A model generated the notes under the pieces. The model was not told the origin of the DNA and searched no databases. It worked only from the letters and a program-made list of their open reading frames with translations. Of a stretch of DNA of 64,000 nt, positions 29,340 to 38,625 are shown piece by piece. A program made the position numbers and the translations under genes. This DNA is from Candidatus Woesearchaeota archaeon (GTDB lineage: Archaea > Nanobdellota > Nanobdellia > Woesearchaeales > JACJVW01), in the NCBI GenBank assembly GCA_020637435.1, contig JACJVW010000003.1, positions 4,787-68,786 on the forward strand, written 5' to 3'. Position 1 is the stretch's first letter. Every line of letters starts with the position of its first letter.

Positions 29340-30278
29340 ATGAAAGTGGAATGGTATACAGAATACGGTTTTAAAGATAATCCTTTGGAAATCAACCCGC
29401 TAGAGGCCTCCGAGGATCCGGTAGGTTTCGATCAGGAGATCGAGGACCTGCTCTACTATGTTGAATCTGGAAACGTCATCCTTATCGAAGGTCCAAAGAG
29501 TTCGGGCAAGACCCTGCTTCTTGGTCAGGTCATCGAGAAGTTCGGTGGTAAGGGGCGCATCGTCTACATCGACGGTAACAATCTGAACAGGAAATATCAG
29601 ATCGACGAACTGTTGACTGATGCTCAGGGATTCTTCCGAAGGATGTTTAAGAAACGTCCGAAGGGAATGATACTGCTCCTGGACAATTCTGTCGATCTGC
29701 CTCTAAAGACGTATGAGATGCTCCAGTACTATTTTGATCAAGATTATCTGCATTCAGTTGTCTTTACGGCTGCCGATGGGAAGAAGCTTGCCATGCCAAA
29801 GAGCATGCGCGACAGGATCGGTAGCAGGACTATCAAGACCAAGACACTAAGCAGAGATGCTGCTGTCGATATGGTTCTTGACCGGCTTAATCAGGATATC
29901 ATCTCAAAGGATATGCTTGAGAAGCTTCACATCATGTCTGACAATGATATGAAGCGGTTCCTTGTCAACTGCAATAAGGTCTTCGACTATATGGTCGATG
30001 AAGAGAAAGACGATATCGATCTTAAGACTATGACCAAGGTTGTCAATGAGGACAGCGAGTATGACGAACTCTTAAAGGATGAAGTCTCGGAAGACGCATT
30101 CGTCGACGAAGAGACCGGAGAGAAACTTGTCAAGGTCGGTGAGCACTACAGATCTCCTGATGATCTCTACTGCCCTGAATGCGGCGCTCTTATCGATGAA
30201 GATGATGATGAATGCCCAAGCTGCGGCGTCATCTTCGAAGAGGCTGACGACGACGAAGAGGAGAAGAAGAGGAAGTAA
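29340..30278 (+). CDS. ExeA/GspA-like P-loop ATPase with C-terminal zinc ribbon
   Basis: YGFKDNP N-terminus, Walker A GPKSSGKT, Walker B LLLDN, CPECG...CPSCG. Confidence 0.7.
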   Translation: MKVEWYTEYGFKDNPLEINPLEASEDPVGFDQEIEDLLYYVESGNVILIEGPKSSGKTLLLGQVIEKFGGKGRIVYIDGNNLNRKYQIDELLTDAQGFFRRMFKKRPKGMILLLDNSVDLPLKTYEMLQYYFDQDYLHSVVFTAADGKKLAMPKSMRDRIGSRTIKTKTLSRDAAVDMVLDRLNQDIISKDMLEKLHIMSDNDMKRFLVNCNKVFDYMVDEEKDDIDLKTMTKVVNEDSEYDELLKDEVSEDAFVDEETGEKLVKVGEHYRSPDDLYCPECGALIDEDDDECPSCGVIFEEADDDEEEKKRK

Positions 30279-30279
30279 A

Positions 30280-30969
30280 ATGGCTTGGTATGAAGAATAC
30301 GATTTTGTCTCAAATCCTTTCACGATAAAACCCCAAGAAGAGCTTGAAGATTTTTTCGGACAGAAGGATATCATTGATAAGATTGAGGACTGTTATGAAG
30401 AAGGCGCTATGATAGTAGTGCGTGGCGCATATGGTACCGGAAAGACTACGGTGATGAAGGGAGTTATCGATCTTTTCAAAGGTGAGCGAAAAGTCGCTTA
30501 CTATAATTGTTACACCAGTGAGAAGAAGATAGATTTTGAGGATATCCTTGTCAGAGGTGGCAATTTCCTCTCTTCCATGTTTCGGATGAAGACGAAGGAT
30601 ATGATCCTTATCCTAGATGAAGCGCACAACATGATGCACAAGGATTTTGAGAATGTTGTCGACTTTTTTGAGGATGGCTATTTCAGGATGGTCATACTGG
30701 TGACTAGCGAGGACGATTTTAAGTTCCCTGCTGAGATCAATGACATCGTCGGCGATCAGGTCTACAAGCTTGAGATGATCGATGAGAAAAATGCTGTCGA
30801 ACTGGTTAAATCCAGACTCGAGGGTGTTAACCTCATGGGCGATGATGTAATCAAGAAGATCCTCAAGGCATCAAAGACTCCCCGGGAGTTCATGATGCGC
30901 TGCGATGACGCTTGCAGGAAGGCTGTTGAGCGTGGTAGTGAAAAGGTCGAAGATAAGGATCTCAAATAA
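30280..30969 (+). CDS. ExeA/GspA-like P-loop ATPase (paralog)
   Basis: YDFVSNPF N-terminus, GAYGTGKT, ILILDEAH; start moved to ATG 30280. Confidence 0.75.
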   Translation: MAWYEEYDFVSNPFTIKPQEELEDFFGQKDIIDKIEDCYEEGAMIVVRGAYGTGKTTVMKGVIDLFKGERKVAYYNCYTSEKKIDFEDILVRGGNFLSSMFRMKTKDMILILDEAHNMMHKDFENVVDFFEDGYFRMVILVTSEDDFKFPAEINDIVGDQVYKLEMIDEKNAVELVKSRLEGVNLMGDDVIKKILKASKTPREFMMRCDDACRKAVERGSEKVEDKDLK

Positions 30970-30980
30970 GTTTTTAATTT

Positions 30981-31565
30981 TTGTCTCATTCTTATTCTAC
31001 TATGAAAGGATTGCTTTCGCTTGTGCTACTATCGGGTGCAGCACTTGGCTGTGATGAGCATGTGTACGAAAATATGCTAAGTGCTGTACAAGCCGATGTA
31101 CCAGGTTATGAAGAGCGGGCCACTGCATATGCGAAACGCTGTGGATACGATTGTGGTCTTGTAGAGCGCGCTAGGCTTAGCGGCCCAAAGCTCAGATATG
31201 AGCGGTATATCAAGTCTATCAACGACGGTGTACTTGTCTTCTTTGAGCCGGCAGCCCGTCTTGCCGAAGAGCATGGGTTTTCCATCTCCATACTGGAAAG
31301 AGCTGTCTTACAAGGGGCTTTGAGAAATTATACTGCGTATCTGGATGATATCGCACAGGGTCGTATTTATATGGAATCTTTTGCAAGGAAACTTGCCAAG
31401 GATTATGGTTTTTCTGATGTTGAGGTGGCTGACGCTGTCACTATGGGGGTTCCAAAGAGGTGTGCAGAACTCAGGTCACTTATAGGCAAAGGCGCGACGC
31501 TGTATGGCTCAGAACTTGAGGAACTTACTCTGGAGTTTGGGGAGCTTTGTTCGGGGCGTAAGTAA
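30981..31565 (+). CDS. hypothetical secreted or lipoprotein-like protein
   Basis: Hydrophobic N-terminus ending in LGC; weak helical repeats (LA..YGFS). Confidence 0.55.
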   Translation: MSHSYSTMKGLLSLVLLSGAALGCDEHVYENMLSAVQADVPGYEERATAYAKRCGYDCGLVERARLSGPKLRYERYIKSINDGVLVFFEPAARLAEEHGFSISILERAVLQGALRNYTAYLDDIAQGRIYMESFARKLAKDYGFSDVEVADAVTMGVPKRCAELRSLIGKGATLYGSELEELTLEFGELCSGRK

Positions 31566-31899
31566 TACCTTTCATCCTTAGGTAGGCAATGAAATCCTCG
31601 GCGTTCTTAAAAAGCAGTTTATACGGCGACCCTTCCCCATTTACTTCACAACCTTCTTCATCGTAGTCGCGGCATATATTGGGGCGGTGCTCGTAGATAG
31701 AGCACATCTTTCCAACCAGTTTTTTGCATGGTGTCATGACTTCCATGTACCAGTCTTCGTCCTCAGCATCTATGTATATCTGAATATTCTCATGAAGAAG
31801 GTACCATACAAAAGAATCGTAGTCTTCGTTATCCTCTGGTGTGTCCAGAGGCACGGTGATGTAATGGCAGCATTTGCCGCAATCTGTGCATTTGATCAT
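31525..31899 (-). CDS. YkgJ-family Cys-cluster (Fe-S/Zn) protein
   Basis: CTDCGKCC, PCKKL...CSIYEHRPNICRDY. Confidence 0.88.
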   Translation of the reverse strand: MIKCTDCGKCCHYITVPLDTPEDNEDYDSFVWYLLHENIQIYIDAEDEDWYMEVMTPCKKLVGKMCSIYEHRPNICRDYDEEGCEVNGEGSPYKLLFKNAEDFIAYLRMKGITYAPNKAPQTPE

Positions 31900-31987
31900 T
31901 TTTTCTAGAGGATTTGACAGATTCCTTTTTAAGAATCTTTCTACTCAAGAAACCTTTAAAAACATACTCTTGTTGCAGTCTTTCCAT

Positions 31988-32117
31988 GCGAGGGTGGCAG
32001 AGCCTGGTCAAATGCGCAGGACTTAAGCGACCTATGATGGAGACAACCAAGCGCGTGCTTGGGTCTAAGTTATCCTGTCCCTTAGTGGGTTCGAGGGTTC
32101 GAATCCCTTCCCTCGCA
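31988..32117 (+). tRNA. tRNA-Leu(TAA) with 44-nt intron (32028-32071)
   Basis: GCGAGGG/CCCTCGC acceptor, CAGGA/TCCTG anticodon stem, long variable arm, perfect BHB (CTTA/TAAG central helix, GACC/GGTC). Confidence 0.95.
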
Positions 32118-32140
32118 TTATTTCTCATTATCCTTCAGTC

Positions 32141-32220
32141 GAACCCTAGGGTTCAAAGTGTTGTGAGCTGATGCGGACAACATAGACATGGATTTTTCCA
32201 TGTCGTACCCTACCCTCGCA
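32141..32220 (+). repeat. tRNA-Leu 3'-end copy with T-loop hairpin cassette
   Basis: GAACCCTAGGGTTC...TGTTG/CAACA-TAGA-CATG/CATG-TCGT-ACCCTACCCTCGCA. Confidence 0.85.
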
Positions 32221-32264
32221 TATTCCCTTCTTTGCGTTGTGCTCTTGGTTCTAAGGAATCCCTG

Positions 32265-33011
32265 TCAACTCTTCTTTTTGAACTTAAGAATAATGAAGGT
32301 TGGCAATGTTGCACACAAATGGAACCTTTCAGGATCAATCTTTTTTGATGAAGGTCTTGGTTTGCAATCAATATAATTAAGGAGTTCAAAACCATTCTTG
32401 ATTCCACCATTAATGAAGGCTTCAAACGGATAGTTGTACAATTTTATTTTCCCGAGACTTCCAAGGTTGTTGAATATTGGTTTTGTGCCAAAATAGTCTC
32501 CCCAGATCCTTCTTTCTCCATTTTTTCCTTTTGTTATGCCTATTCTGTGTTCATCATTTTGGCACATTAAGTTAAAAATGGGGTGCCCTGTTGAAAAGCA
32601 GAATGTGCCTCCTTTTTTTAGAACACGTTCAGTTTCTCTGAAGAGTCTGTTTAGGTTTTTTACATAGTGAATTGCTAAGCTAGAATAAACAAGATCAAAA
32701 GTGGAATCTTTGTATGGCAATGGTTTACTCATATCGGCGACATTGAACACTGAGTTTGCTATCTTTTGCTGTTGTGCAAGTTTGACCATCTGTTCACTTA
32801 TGTCGATTCCAATGAGTTTTTTGAACCCTTTTTTTGAGAGTTTTTTTGCTTGGTCTCCAAATCCACAACCAAGGTCAAGAAGGGTCAAGTCTTTTACGTT
32901 ACCTATGGCTTTTATGAGGTTAGGAACTTCGATGTCTCTGTTATAATCGAAACGAGTTTTGTCCTTCCTGCGTTCCATGAAGTGTTCTGCCAATGTATCG
33001 AAATCACTCAT
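32265..33011 (-). CDS. class I SAM-dependent methyltransferase
   Basis: LLDLGCGFG motif I, IGIDIS, FDLVYSSLAIHY, LKKGG. Confidence 0.92.
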   Translation of the reverse strand: MSDFDTLAEHFMERRKDKTRFDYNRDIEVPNLIKAIGNVKDLTLLDLGCGFGDQAKKLSKKGFKKLIGIDISEQMVKLAQQQKIANSVFNVADMSKPLPYKDSTFDLVYSSLAIHYVKNLNRLFRETERVLKKGGTFCFSTGHPIFNLMCQNDEHRIGITKGKNGERRIWGDYFGTKPIFNNLGSLGKIKLYNYPFEAFINGGIKNGFELLNYIDCKPRPSSKKIDPERFHLCATLPTFIILKFKKKS

Positions 33012-33172
33012 CTCAGCATTCTCTATGTTTCTACTTAATAAACTCTATTCCTGTAATCTGCAACAGATTGTCGCACCAGCTTCACTCTCGTTTCCGTGAG
33101 CCGTTAGTTCTGCTTTCTGATTCAGGTAAAAAGAAATCCGAAATATACCATACAAAACAAATGGATAAAAAA

Positions 33173-33364
33173 TTAGAAATTTTTTTTTGCGCCAGCTGCG
33201 ATCGCTTTATCTGCGTTCTCTTTTGACATCATGGCGCACATGGTAGTTGGACAATCAGGGCATTTACCCTTGGCCATGTAGCCTCCTTTTGCGGTCTGAT
33301 TGATCACAGGATCTACCATCTTCTGATTTTTTTTCTTACATTTCACACAATATGCTTCTACCAT
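33173..33364 (-). CDS. small zinc-ribbon protein (DUF5679-like)
   Basis: AYCVKCK...M..P.....GG....GKCPDC.T.M. Confidence 0.8.
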   Translation of the reverse strand: MVEAYCVKCKKKNQKMVDPVINQTAKGGYMAKGKCPDCPTTMCAMMSKENADKAIAAGAKKNF

Positions 33365-33517
33365 AGTATTGACCTCGTTTTTGCTATTTTAAGCCTACGT
33401 AATTATCATGGAGGCCGAATCATTCTTTAATCCTTTGGTTTTTGATATATATTCACCTTAAGATGGGACATTTCTTCCCATTATGTTTTTTATACTCTAC
33501 CATTTTCCGTGTTGCAC

Positions 33518-34108
33518 ATGAAACTCTACTTAACCTCGGTTGCGGCGAATATGCTTGATGAGATCGATTTTTCGAAGCACAGAAAAGTTGCGTTCATACC
33601 TAATGCTGGTGACTTATATGAAAACCCTTCATTTGTCGCCGCTGATAGAGCAGCACTTGTTGAGAAAGGCCTTGAGGTTGAGGACCTTGACCTTAAGGAG
33701 TATCATTCTGGTGGCATCAGGGAGAAACTTAAGGAGTATGAAGTTATCTTTGTGGCTGGCGGCAATACGTTCTACCTTATGCAGCAGGTGCTTAAGAGTG
33801 GATTTGGTCGGGCTTTGCAGCAGATGATTTATGAGGACAAGCTGTATATTGGTTCAAGCGCTGGCTCAGTTATCGCCTGTCCTGACATCGATTTCGTGAA
33901 GAAGCTGGATGACCCTTCAGCAGCTGAATTGCCTAATCATCAAGGATTACACCTGATCAATTTCTACGTTTTGCCTCATTTTGAGGTGAATGAGACGAAT
34001 GTGGCAATACTTGGACTGCTCCGGGGAGAGGAGGTCATCACTTTGCCCGATAACCAGATGGTCGTCTATTGTGACGGAAACAAGAAGATAGTGACTGCCA
34101 AGCACTGA
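33518..34108 (+). CDS. peptidase E (S51) family
   Basis: VAFIPNA, FVAGGNTFYL, YIGSSAGS nucleophile, VLPHF. Confidence 0.92.
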   Translation: MKLYLTSVAANMLDEIDFSKHRKVAFIPNAGDLYENPSFVAADRAALVEKGLEVEDLDLKEYHSGGIREKLKEYEVIFVAGGNTFYLMQQVLKSGFGRALQQMIYEDKLYIGSSAGSVIACPDIDFVKKLDDPSAAELPNHQGLHLINFYVLPHFEVNETNVAILGLLRGEEVITLPDNQMVVYCDGNKKIVTAKH

Positions 34109-34120
34109 TGTTTTTCAGTC

Positions 34121-34708
34121 TTATATGAATTTTACGCCAAGGTGCGTGAGCAGCAGTTCATACAGGATTAGAACAAAGACTATTGTTGAGATAAGGATGA
34201 TGATATCGCGCTTTCTTTTATGGCTGTTGTGCCGGACGCTTGATTTGAAGTTGAGCAAGTCGTAAACTTCATCACCTATGTAAAGTGTGAAGAATGTGCC
34301 TACTCCGGAGAGGACTATAATAAGATAGTAAGGTATCGGAGTAATAAGGATGTCCTTAAATATGGTCAGTAAAAATGTCTTCTCATATGCTTCCGGATTG
34401 AAGAGCAAATTTGTGATATTGAGAAGTATGGCAAATGCCCACACAAAAATCTCTGAGTGTATCATTTTGAAACCCAAAAAATACCTTAACGGTAGGTCAA
34501 GGACAATCCCTCCATCCGGTATAGGTGTGGCTAATACGAAGAAAGACCAGGTGAGCAGCATGATCACAAATCCGTCTTTTAGGCCAAAATGCCATGATGC
34601 GAAAGCGAAATATGCTACCAGGATCAGAACGACTGTGAGAAATTTGTTCTTAAAGACTTTACGGATCTCATGTGAGAAGTGTTCTTCCAAGTGCCTAATA
34701 TTCAGCAT
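34121..34708 (-). CDS. hypothetical membrane protein
   Basis: Several TM helices; WSFFVLATPIPDGG. Confidence 0.7.
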   Translation of the reverse strand: MLNIRHLEEHFSHEIRKVFKNKFLTVVLILVAYFAFASWHFGLKDGFVIMLLTWSFFVLATPIPDGGIVLDLPLRYFLGFKMIHSEIFVWAFAILLNITNLLFNPEAYEKTFLLTIFKDILITPIPYYLIIVLSGVGTFFTLYIGDEVYDLLNFKSSVRHNSHKRKRDIIILISTIVFVLILYELLLTHLGVKFI

Positions 34709-34805
34709 GGTTCTACCTTCACGAATAGGGTTTAAATAGATTGTGGAGGTGGTGTCATATAGCTGAACATTTGGCTACGTCTGTTGGTCTTGATATGGCA
34801 CTGAT

Positions 34806-35297
34806 CTAATTGTTCGTTGCATTTGTTGTTTGAAGAGTGAACAGGATCCTGTAGGCTGTCCGCCTTTTTTTATCGGTAAGTTTGATGCATTTGCCTTCAC
34901 TCACCCAGTTTTCAAGCATCTTCTTTATTTTCCTAAAGTTATGACGTTCACCATATAACTCCAGCAGCATCACTGAGAGCTCTTTTGGGAAGTACCAGCA
35001 TTGACCTATATAGTCAATCGATCTTATCTCTTTTACCATATGCTCATCAAGCATGGTATTGAAGTTAGCTGCTATGATGCTCTCAATCATATGCAGTAAG
35101 TCAAAGTTGGAAAGATTACTTAGTCTTGAGAGTTCCTTGCCAAGGATTCGGCCCTGTTCATCAATCACGCAAAGTCCATAGTGCACCAGGCTTCTGATGA
35201 CGCGTATGCAGTTCTTGTGGACATTTGTATCGTCTTTGTACTTTTTGAGATGGTGATTCTTGTACATTATCTGCCATAACCTGTCTTCAATCTGCAT
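34806..35297 (-). CDS. hypothetical protein
   Basis: 163-aa ORF. Confidence 0.55.
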   Translation of the reverse strand: MQIEDRLWQIMYKNHHLKKYKDDTNVHKNCIRVIRSLVHYGLCVIDEQGRILGKELSRLSNLSNFDLLHMIESIIAANFNTMLDEHMVKEIRSIDYIGQCWYFPKELSVMLLELYGERHNFRKIKKMLENWVSEGKCIKLTDKKRRTAYRILFTLQTTNATNN

Positions 35298-35415
35298 AAG
35301 GGGTCTGTATCAGATTCGATTAATAGCCCTTTGCATTTCCTAGTTTATTTTTCGTAATATTTATAAATATCCTACTCTATCCTACCTTTATGTATCGCGT
35401 GTGATGGTGTAGACT

Positions 35416-36267
35416 ATGCATCGTAAAACTTACAATGATGTGGATATTGACAGACAGAACGGAACAGTGACGAAACATTATATCCAAGGAGATGATGTGC
35501 AACGATTACGGCGTATGCATACGGAGCGGGATGCATTACTGGAACTTCATAAATACCCGCACAGCTGCGTGTTACCTGAGGTTCTTGATGACAAAGATGA
35601 TGGACCTTCATTAACCATCTCGTATCTGAATGGTGCTCATGATATCACTGAATTGCTTGAAGATAATTCTATGCAGCATCTTGTTGGTCCAATAATGGAA
35701 GCTAAGACTTATCTGGAGACAGTACATCACCGTACAAATTCCAAATATGCAGTTCCGGAAAGCCTTGTGGAGAAACTTGAAACATATTCAGACGTCTACG
35801 CAGATTACATTCCGGATGATGTGCTGCGCTATCTTGGTTATATGCAAGTGCCACGCATGCCTGTCTCAAATGTCCACGATGATTTTAAGTTGGCAAATAT
35901 CATGCCTATCGATGGCGGAGGGGTAGGTCTAGTTGATTGGGAGCACTATTCACAAGGCGCTTCAGATTATGATAGAGCCACACTTTTTGTTAACGCAGCT
36001 ATACTGTTGGATTCAAAAGGCAGATTGCCTGAGATGCGAGACCTTGCACCTGTCATAGGAGAACCTTCATCAGAGCTGTATTTCAATATGATGGTACGAA
36101 CCCTCGTAGAATTCAGTCCCGCGGTCAAGCGCGGGGAGTACGGACCTTCACGGCCTATCGTCATATTTATGCAGCGATTGCTTCAATATGAGCTTAGAGC
36201 TGTTTCGCGTCCCATTAGTGTTGAAAGATTTACGGAGCAGATGGTCTACGATGCATACATTCTTTGA
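35416..36267 (+). CDS. APH/choline-kinase-like phosphotransferase
   Basis: HDDFKLANIM catalytic loop, LVDWE. Confidence 0.8.
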   Translation: MHRKTYNDVDIDRQNGTVTKHYIQGDDVQRLRRMHTERDALLELHKYPHSCVLPEVLDDKDDGPSLTISYLNGAHDITELLEDNSMQHLVGPIMEAKTYLETVHHRTNSKYAVPESLVEKLETYSDVYADYIPDDVLRYLGYMQVPRMPVSNVHDDFKLANIMPIDGGGVGLVDWEHYSQGASDYDRATLFVNAAILLDSKGRLPEMRDLAPVIGEPSSELYFNMMVRTLVEFSPAVKRGEYGPSRPIVIFMQRLLQYELRAVSRPISVERFTEQMVYDAYIL

Positions 36268-37066
36268 AGTCATCAAGGAGATCGGAATCGCCTCCTGGTC
36301 AATCATCCAGGAGCAGCAGGATGTTACGCTTAGTCGCAAGAATATTCATGGTGATGTGCAGACGAGGTTTGATGTGCTTATCGATGACTTGATAGTGGAG
36401 AGATTCAGAAAGGCAAGGATAGCACGAACATTGCTAAGTGAAGAACGGGAAGAACCTGTCCTGATGGAAGGCGATCCTGATCTAAGTATCCATGTCGACC
36501 CGGTCGATGGTTCGAAACATTCTCTAGTCAACGGGGCTTTCGGCAGTCTGTTTGCCCTATATAAGGATCGTCATGTCATAGCTGCAGCTTATTTACACTA
36601 TGGCCCCCGTGTTGTCCTTGTCGCTGCTGAAAGCCAAGTTGACGAATACCTCCTGTCTGGGCAGAGCTTTCTAAAGTCAGAGGAGGGTATCCAAGTTCCA
36701 GCTGCAAAGCAATTAGTGCTTGGCGGCCTTTATAACGGATATCCTCCAAAGCTTCTTGAATATGTGACGCAGATGCTTGCTGACGGTTACTATTTTACGT
36801 ATTCTCATCCTTTGATCTGCAATCTGCACAATATTCTCAAGAAAGGTGGGGTATATGCGTATCCCAAGACAAGGTTGTATCCGGACGGAAAGATACGTCT
36901 CTACACGGAAGCCAAGACTGTCGCATTCATCATCGAGAAAGCGGGAGGAAGAGCGACAGATGGAGTGCAGCGGATTCTTGACAAGGAAGGCGGATACAAA
37001 GATAAGACTGCACTTTTCTTCGGAGATCCAGCACTAGTCCAAGAAATCCTTGGCGGTCTTGAATGA
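36251..37066 (+). CDS. fbp: fructose-1,6-bisphosphatase class I
   Basis: GDVQT.FD, LLSEE, DPVDGS, YGP, ILKKGGVYAYP, GKIRLYTEA, IEKAGG; start moved to ATG 36251. Confidence 0.9.
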   Translation: MHTFFEVIKEIGIASWSIIQEQQDVTLSRKNIHGDVQTRFDVLIDDLIVERFRKARIARTLLSEEREEPVLMEGDPDLSIHVDPVDGSKHSLVNGAFGSLFALYKDRHVIAAAYLHYGPRVVLVAAESQVDEYLLSGQSFLKSEEGIQVPAAKQLVLGGLYNGYPPKLLEYVTQMLADGYYFTYSHPLICNLHNILKKGGVYAYPKTRLYPDGKIRLYTEAKTVAFIIEKAGGRATDGVQRILDKEGGYKDKTALFFGDPALVQEILGGLE

Positions 37067-37798
37067 TCTCCAGTTGCTCTCATCGATAAATCCATGCTTC
37101 CTTTTAATGTCATCAAGTTGAAGCTCAAGTTTTCCAGAGTCATCCAGGTTTTTTACACACTCTGGTTCGATCATCCCAAGCCCTGTGAAGATAAGGTGGG
37201 TTGAAGCGTCTTTGTCCTTCTCTTTGAACTTCAGGATTTGGGTGCCCTGCATGACTGCTGAACCATATTTAGAGGGATTTTTCATGCTGCGAAGCACCAT
37301 GACCAGGTCGGAGGCATCTTTGCGCATAAATGTTTCAAGAGATGCAAGCCTGGTGCTTGGCAGGATATTCCCATACATGAATATGAATGGTCGCTGTAGT
37401 TTTCTGGCACAATCCTTTAGAGCACCGCCATTGCCTGTCTTACTAGCGGTGTAGATTAAATTTACATCTGGATGATGTTTGGAGATATAGTTCATGATAT
37501 TACTGGAATCAGTATGCACATGGATGTCATGTATCCCATTGTCATGAAGATAAGCTATCTGAGCATCAATCAATGGAGCACCTTTGTATGTATGAAGGCA
37601 TAATTCTTTTCCATCGATGGTATCCTGGCCAACGGTAAGTATCAGCGCAGGAGTCTTATGCATCTCTTTTTCAAGGATGCTTTCAATGATTTTGCTCCTG
37701 TTTATCTTTTTAGCTTTCGCAAGCGCATCGATATCGGCAAGGATACTTTGCTCAACCGTGATACTTATCTTATCCTTCATCAGAAGCTCTAATATCAA
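37034..37798 (-). CDS. ribbon-helix-helix domain fused to a degenerate NDP-sugar nucleotidyltransferase domain
   Basis: N-terminal KISITV...INRSKIIE; PSKYG, FKEK; GG.GTR signature absent. Confidence 0.7.
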   Translation of the reverse strand: MILELLMKDKISITVEQSILADIDALAKAKKINRSKIIESILEKEMHKTPALILTVGQDTIDGKELCLHTYKGAPLIDAQIAYLHDNGIHDIHVHTDSSNIMNYISKHHPDVNLIYTASKTGNGGALKDCARKLQRPFIFMYGNILPSTRLASLETFMRKDASDLVMVLRSMKNPSKYGSAVMQGTQILKFKEKDKDASTHLIFTGLGMIEPECVKNLDDSGKLELQLDDIKRKHGFIDESNWRSFKTAKDFLD

Positions 37799-37825
37799 TC
37801 AAGGTTTATAAAATATGGTGTATGC

Positions 37826-38548
37826 TTATTTGAGAAACCTTCTAAGAAGAGGATAGTAGATATCCTGTTCCACAGCGATAGGTAGCAGATCCTGTGTCGC
37901 CTGGTCGGTGAACTTGATCATCTCTGCATTGCGGATTAAAGCGATCGGGGTACATTCGTCGCCTTCGCCCATGACTAGAACAGCTGCTGCCGCAAGTCCA
38001 TCGACGAGATTGCTTTGGGACATTTGCATCTTCCTTTCGAAAAGGTCTGTTGTCTGTCTATAGTCTTTTTGCGGATACATGCCAAAGAAGCCTACGCTTA
38101 TACCGACCACACCACTTCTAAGAGGTGGTGTGACGCTGTCTGTAAGTATGACGGCTATCTCGCTGACTTTGTGCTTGTTTCGAAGGTAGGTCCATATCTC
38201 ATGTGCAGCTTCGCTGGGTTGTTCTGGCCAGAGGATGTAATGATTGTCCGCATTGCTTTCATCGATGCCTGCGGATGGGATGAGCGTGTTCTCTTTTACG
38301 GTCAATACAACGTATTCTCCGGGGCATTCTTCTCTAGGAATGAACAAGTCTGCTTCTTTTTGGATGAGTTCATCTTTGCTGCTTATCTTTGATTTAGGTA
38401 TGCATCTTCCCTGGTGTATGGCAACTACCTTGGAGGAGATGAGGATGATGTCTTTTTCCGTGATATCCGTGAGGAATCTATCGAGCACACTGAACAGGTC
38501 GTCTTTTGGAGGATGGAATATACTGGTTTTGATTGGTATAATCTCCAT
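37826..38548 (-). CDS. CofE-like gamma-glutamyl ligase family protein
   Basis: ISSKVV, SAGIDESN, VILTDS, DLF.R, VMGEGDECTP. Confidence 0.88.
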   Translation of the reverse strand: MEIIPIKTSIFHPPKDDLFSVLDRFLTDITEKDIILISSKVVAIHQGRCIPKSKISSKDELIQKEADLFIPREECPGEYVVLTVKENTLIPSAGIDESNADNHYILWPEQPSEAAHEIWTYLRNKHKVSEIAVILTDSVTPPLRSGVVGISVGFFGMYPQKDYRQTTDLFERKMQMSQSNLVDGLAAAAVLVMGEGDECTPIALIRNAEMIKFTDQATQDLLPIAVEQDIYYPLLRRFLK

Positions 38549-38625
38549 GAGACATGCTTATTTATCATTCTTTATAAGTCTTGATGCCGAATCATTTTTA
38601 TATGGCATAGCGGACCGCATATACA

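Noticed and set aside
32028-32071. C/D-box guide inside the tRNA-Leu intron
   Set aside because: ATGATGG is only box C-like and there is no CTGA box D
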